The translations under genes and the position numbers were made by a program. 64,000 nt of DNA from Dicyema japonicum (lineage: Eukaryota; Animalia; Dicyemida): NCBI GenBank assembly GCA_011109175.1, contig RDEW01000033.1:124001-188000 (forward strand), given 5' to 3'. The notes beneath the pieces are model-generated. The model did no database searches. It saw only the letters and a program-made list of their open reading frames with translations, and had not been told where the DNA came from. Of this stretch, positions 61,231 to 64,000 are shown piece after piece (positions within the stretch are counted from its first letter, which is position 1; the number at the start of each line of letters is the position of its first letter).

Positions 61231-61689
61231 TAATGACTTGTATGAGTGTCACGTCATTTGGGAATATTGATTTTGACGAGTGTATAAAAGTGAACGCCTA
61301 CCCCAACATATGGAAAAACTCATTACACCTATCTTAATACCTGGAAAGTCTAAAAACGACTTATCATCACATCTGTCTATTTCTTTAACATGCACTCTTC
61401 GAAGGTGCTAGACAAGTCCTTGTAATGATTACTCCCGATCTGCCGACGCCATTTTTTCAACATGGCTTCCCAACTGGTAGATCCACGGAAATATCCGTTC
61501 TCTGAATTATCGACAAAATCAGCTTCTAACACGAGAAGATTCTATCCCTTTTACTGAGTCAAACGGATCCTAACCTCGTCACTCCACTCCACTGTCTGAG
61601 TCGTCGATACGGAGGAATGGCCTCGGATTCATCCGGGGGAAATACGCTATAAATACATTGAATAAAATAGGACTCAATACAGAATCTTG

Positions 61690-62051
61690 AACAAAACACT
61701 TGTTGAACGGAATCGCGTTAGATATATTGACAAGATTCCCTAGCATGATTATTGTTTACAGAAATAGTGTGGAGGATATACAACTTGATCAAATTAAAGA
61801 ATATGATGTTAACATGGCTACAATGGGAATCAGAGAAGCTGTCAGGCATTTTAATCAAAACAACATTGAGTATGTTTATTATGACATGTAGTATTCCCTT
61901 GACATATATAATAGTCAAAAAACGAATTAATATCCGTTTTTGTAAAACTGGGAATACACTAGAAAATTCAAATCAAGGAACTGTAGTAGATTCTGTTGTG
62001 ACTCATCTTCGATGGTTTGACTGTTTAGTTTATGTCACCGTCCGTACGTAA
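61690..62051 (+). pseudogene. Piwi/Argonaute PIWI-domain fragment with one 22-nt intron (61870-61891)
   Basis: FPSMIIVYRNSVEDIQLDQIKEYD...IREA, then LTYIIVKKRINIRF...N..QGTVVDSVVTH.RWFD, the typical PxRIIVYRDG / TxIVVxKRIxTRF / GTVVD series. Confidence 0.8.
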
Positions 62052-62209
62052 AACTCCGCTGTATGTGGAACTCCACAAGGTCCAATCGAAATAAATTTAG
62101 TTCTCTGGATAATTCAGATTTTTCTGAGTTGAATGGTGTAATTTTTAATTAAAATCGTTAATAGTTTTAAAAACATAAAGTAGCAAAAAACCAGTCAATA
62201 TTAATAGAT

Positions 62210-64000
62210 TATTATTACATCCAGGATCACTGGGTCAAGAAAAGAAATTAAAGGTTCTCATCTAACTAAGTGATCCCAGACCGACAAGGAGAGGACGAGT
62301 CCGGTGGGGTCGAGAATCCTGAACAGCTCTTCTCATTGAACATGGCATCGGCTCAAAATTTATGTGTGATTGTAGATATTTCGATGGTGTATGAAATAGA
62401 GGGCAGCTCGGTAAACTAGCCTCCTTTAAGAGTTTCTGTTGTAATTCGATTAAGAAATGTTAATGGGCTGGATTTTGTGTCTGGTCCAATTAACCTTATT
62501 GCAGTCTCCTCGATTGCGGATATTTTCAATGAGGAGGATCGTGAAATCTGCATTGCCCATGAAGGACTTGCATGTATCATCGTGGGTCGAATAAATTGTT
62601 CATAGATCGTGGCAAGGCCACCAGTTTGGTCTCTAAGTGTTTTTAAGATCACTTTTAAAATTCTCATTTTCTTCAGAGCAGAAGTTACTTGGTTCTCAAC
62701 ATGTCTGATAAAGGTGAGTCAAAGGTGACTCACATAATCTTCGGTGTTTTGTTAATAGGAATAGCCTCGTTCTTCATAAAGATTTTTGGTTCGATACAGA
62801 GCTGTCTTTTGTAGGTGGTAAACAGTGTGACAAAGGTGTCGAGTCCCCGCGGACTGAGTCGCTGATTAAATGCTTCTGTTGTTGGAGGCAAGAATGATAT
62901 CGTCAGCATAGGAGAAGATTAGACAGTTTTCATTACAGGTTTGTCGTTTATGTAGAGATTGAAGAGTTGGGGTGATAGTGGGGAGCCTTGAGGGACTCCA
63001 TTAAGATCTTGATTTGATGTTGTTGCAGAGTACTTGTGCTCGTCTCCTACTTAAGAAGTTGGCAATCCATAGTTTTATGTTTGAGTGGATGCATGTATCG
63101 TAAATTTTCTCAGTAAGGAGTTTTCTTGAGACTGTGTCGAAAGTCTTTGTTAAATCAACAGAAACCAAGACTGTTCGTTGGTGTGGTTTAGTGAATTGAA
63201 TCCCACCGCAATGAACTGGCACAGGGACGTTAAGTATGTTGCTCATCTTCCATTTAGGATGTTTCCAAGCCAAAGTTTCAGGTTCGGATGGATGTTGGTT
63301 TCAAATATTTTCTTTGTTAGGAGTTTCCTAGGGACTGAGTCGAACGCTTTTGTGATGTCCACGGATATAAGTACTGTCCTCTGATAGGGTTTGGGGGAGT
63401 TAAATCCTTCCGCAATGAATTGTGTGAGGGTTGTAAGGTGTGTTGTTGTCGAATGTCTTGTATTTTATCCAAAACAAGCCTTTCAAGGATCCTTGAGACA
63501 GGACTTAGAATAGATATTGGGCGATAGGAAAATGGTTCATCTATTGGTTTGTTGGGTTTTCGGATAGGTCTGATTAGAGACTTTTTCCATTTTCAGGGAT
63601 TGTATTTGTGTTAATGGATAGGTTGAATATATATGCTAATAGTTCCAGGGCTAGATGTCCTAGGTGCTTCAGTTCACATGTGGTTATGTTGTCTGGTCCT
63701 TTGGCCTCTGAGTTGTTGGCTTTGGATATGGCTCTCCGAACATTCTGACTAGTAAATAGGATCCAGTCATCGGAGCGTTTTGGTTCAATCTTTTTCAGGA
63801 ATACTTGGTGTTCTTTTGAAAACTTTTGTAGGAGATAGACGTATAATATTTTATCAGAGTGTCTGGTTTTATGTAGACTTCGACTTTTCTCTCTGGGGAG
63901 GATCTTTTGATGTTCTTGATCCACTTCCACACTCTCTGCATTGGGGGATTTTTGCAGAGAGCCTTTGATAGTCTCGTCCATCTATTTGCATTTTCTTCCT
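62210..64000 (-). mobile_element. Jockey-like LINE (RT, C-terminus, terminal stem-loop), runs off the window
   Basis: AKGPDNI, YRPISILSPVSRILE, SVDLTKTFDTV, GVPQGSPLSP, SYADDII and IYEQFIRPTMIHA; end CTGGGATCACT...AGTGATCCTGG. Confidence 0.92.

Noticed and set aside
941-63968. Many 60-100 aa ORFs antisense to or overlapping TE and gene frames (e.g. 941, 6842, 19949, 51188, 63780)
   Set aside because: Shadow ORFs with no independent motif.
1-64000. CRISPR arrays, rRNA, snRNA or prokaryotic contamination
   Set aside because: No regularly spaced repeats or recognisable rRNA/snRNA sequence; most host genes have spliceosomal introns.

Overview
AT-rich animal DNA. Seven identifiable host genes with mostly 22-31 nt introns (tafazzin, ODF2/cenexin-like, secreted cyclophilin, histidine acid phosphatase, Cys-type glutathione peroxidase, phospholipase C-delta-like, C-type lectin), an intronless ETS factor and three orphan ORFs sit in small islands among dense, nested and mostly decayed transposons. 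The transposons are Jockey/I-like, RTE-like and RLE-type (R4/Dong-like) LINEs, a Helitron, a pogo-like element containing a Buster/hAT element, gypsy integrase scraps and tRNA-headed SINE families. Tiny introns together with an ETS gene and a centriole gene suggest a ciliated, reduced animal such as a dicyemid (inference). The strongest unannotated signal is an RNA-structure system. A 3' stem-loop (GGATCAC...GTGATCC, with compensatory variants) recurs at eight Jockey-like LINE ends and in the tail of a ~300 bp SINE (family B). The body of that SINE has a nested double-pseudoknot with HDV-ribozyme-like topology but non-canonical core residues. Other notable items are an intron-bearing Piwi fragment among TEs, an acid phosphatase with both catalytic motifs altered, a cyclophilin with Lys at the catalytic Arg, and an in-frame CENP-B-HTH/BED-finger fusion ORF. 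Positions 14130-15104 are an assembly gap. Everything was read by eye with no searches run; TE boundaries are approximate (tens of bp).
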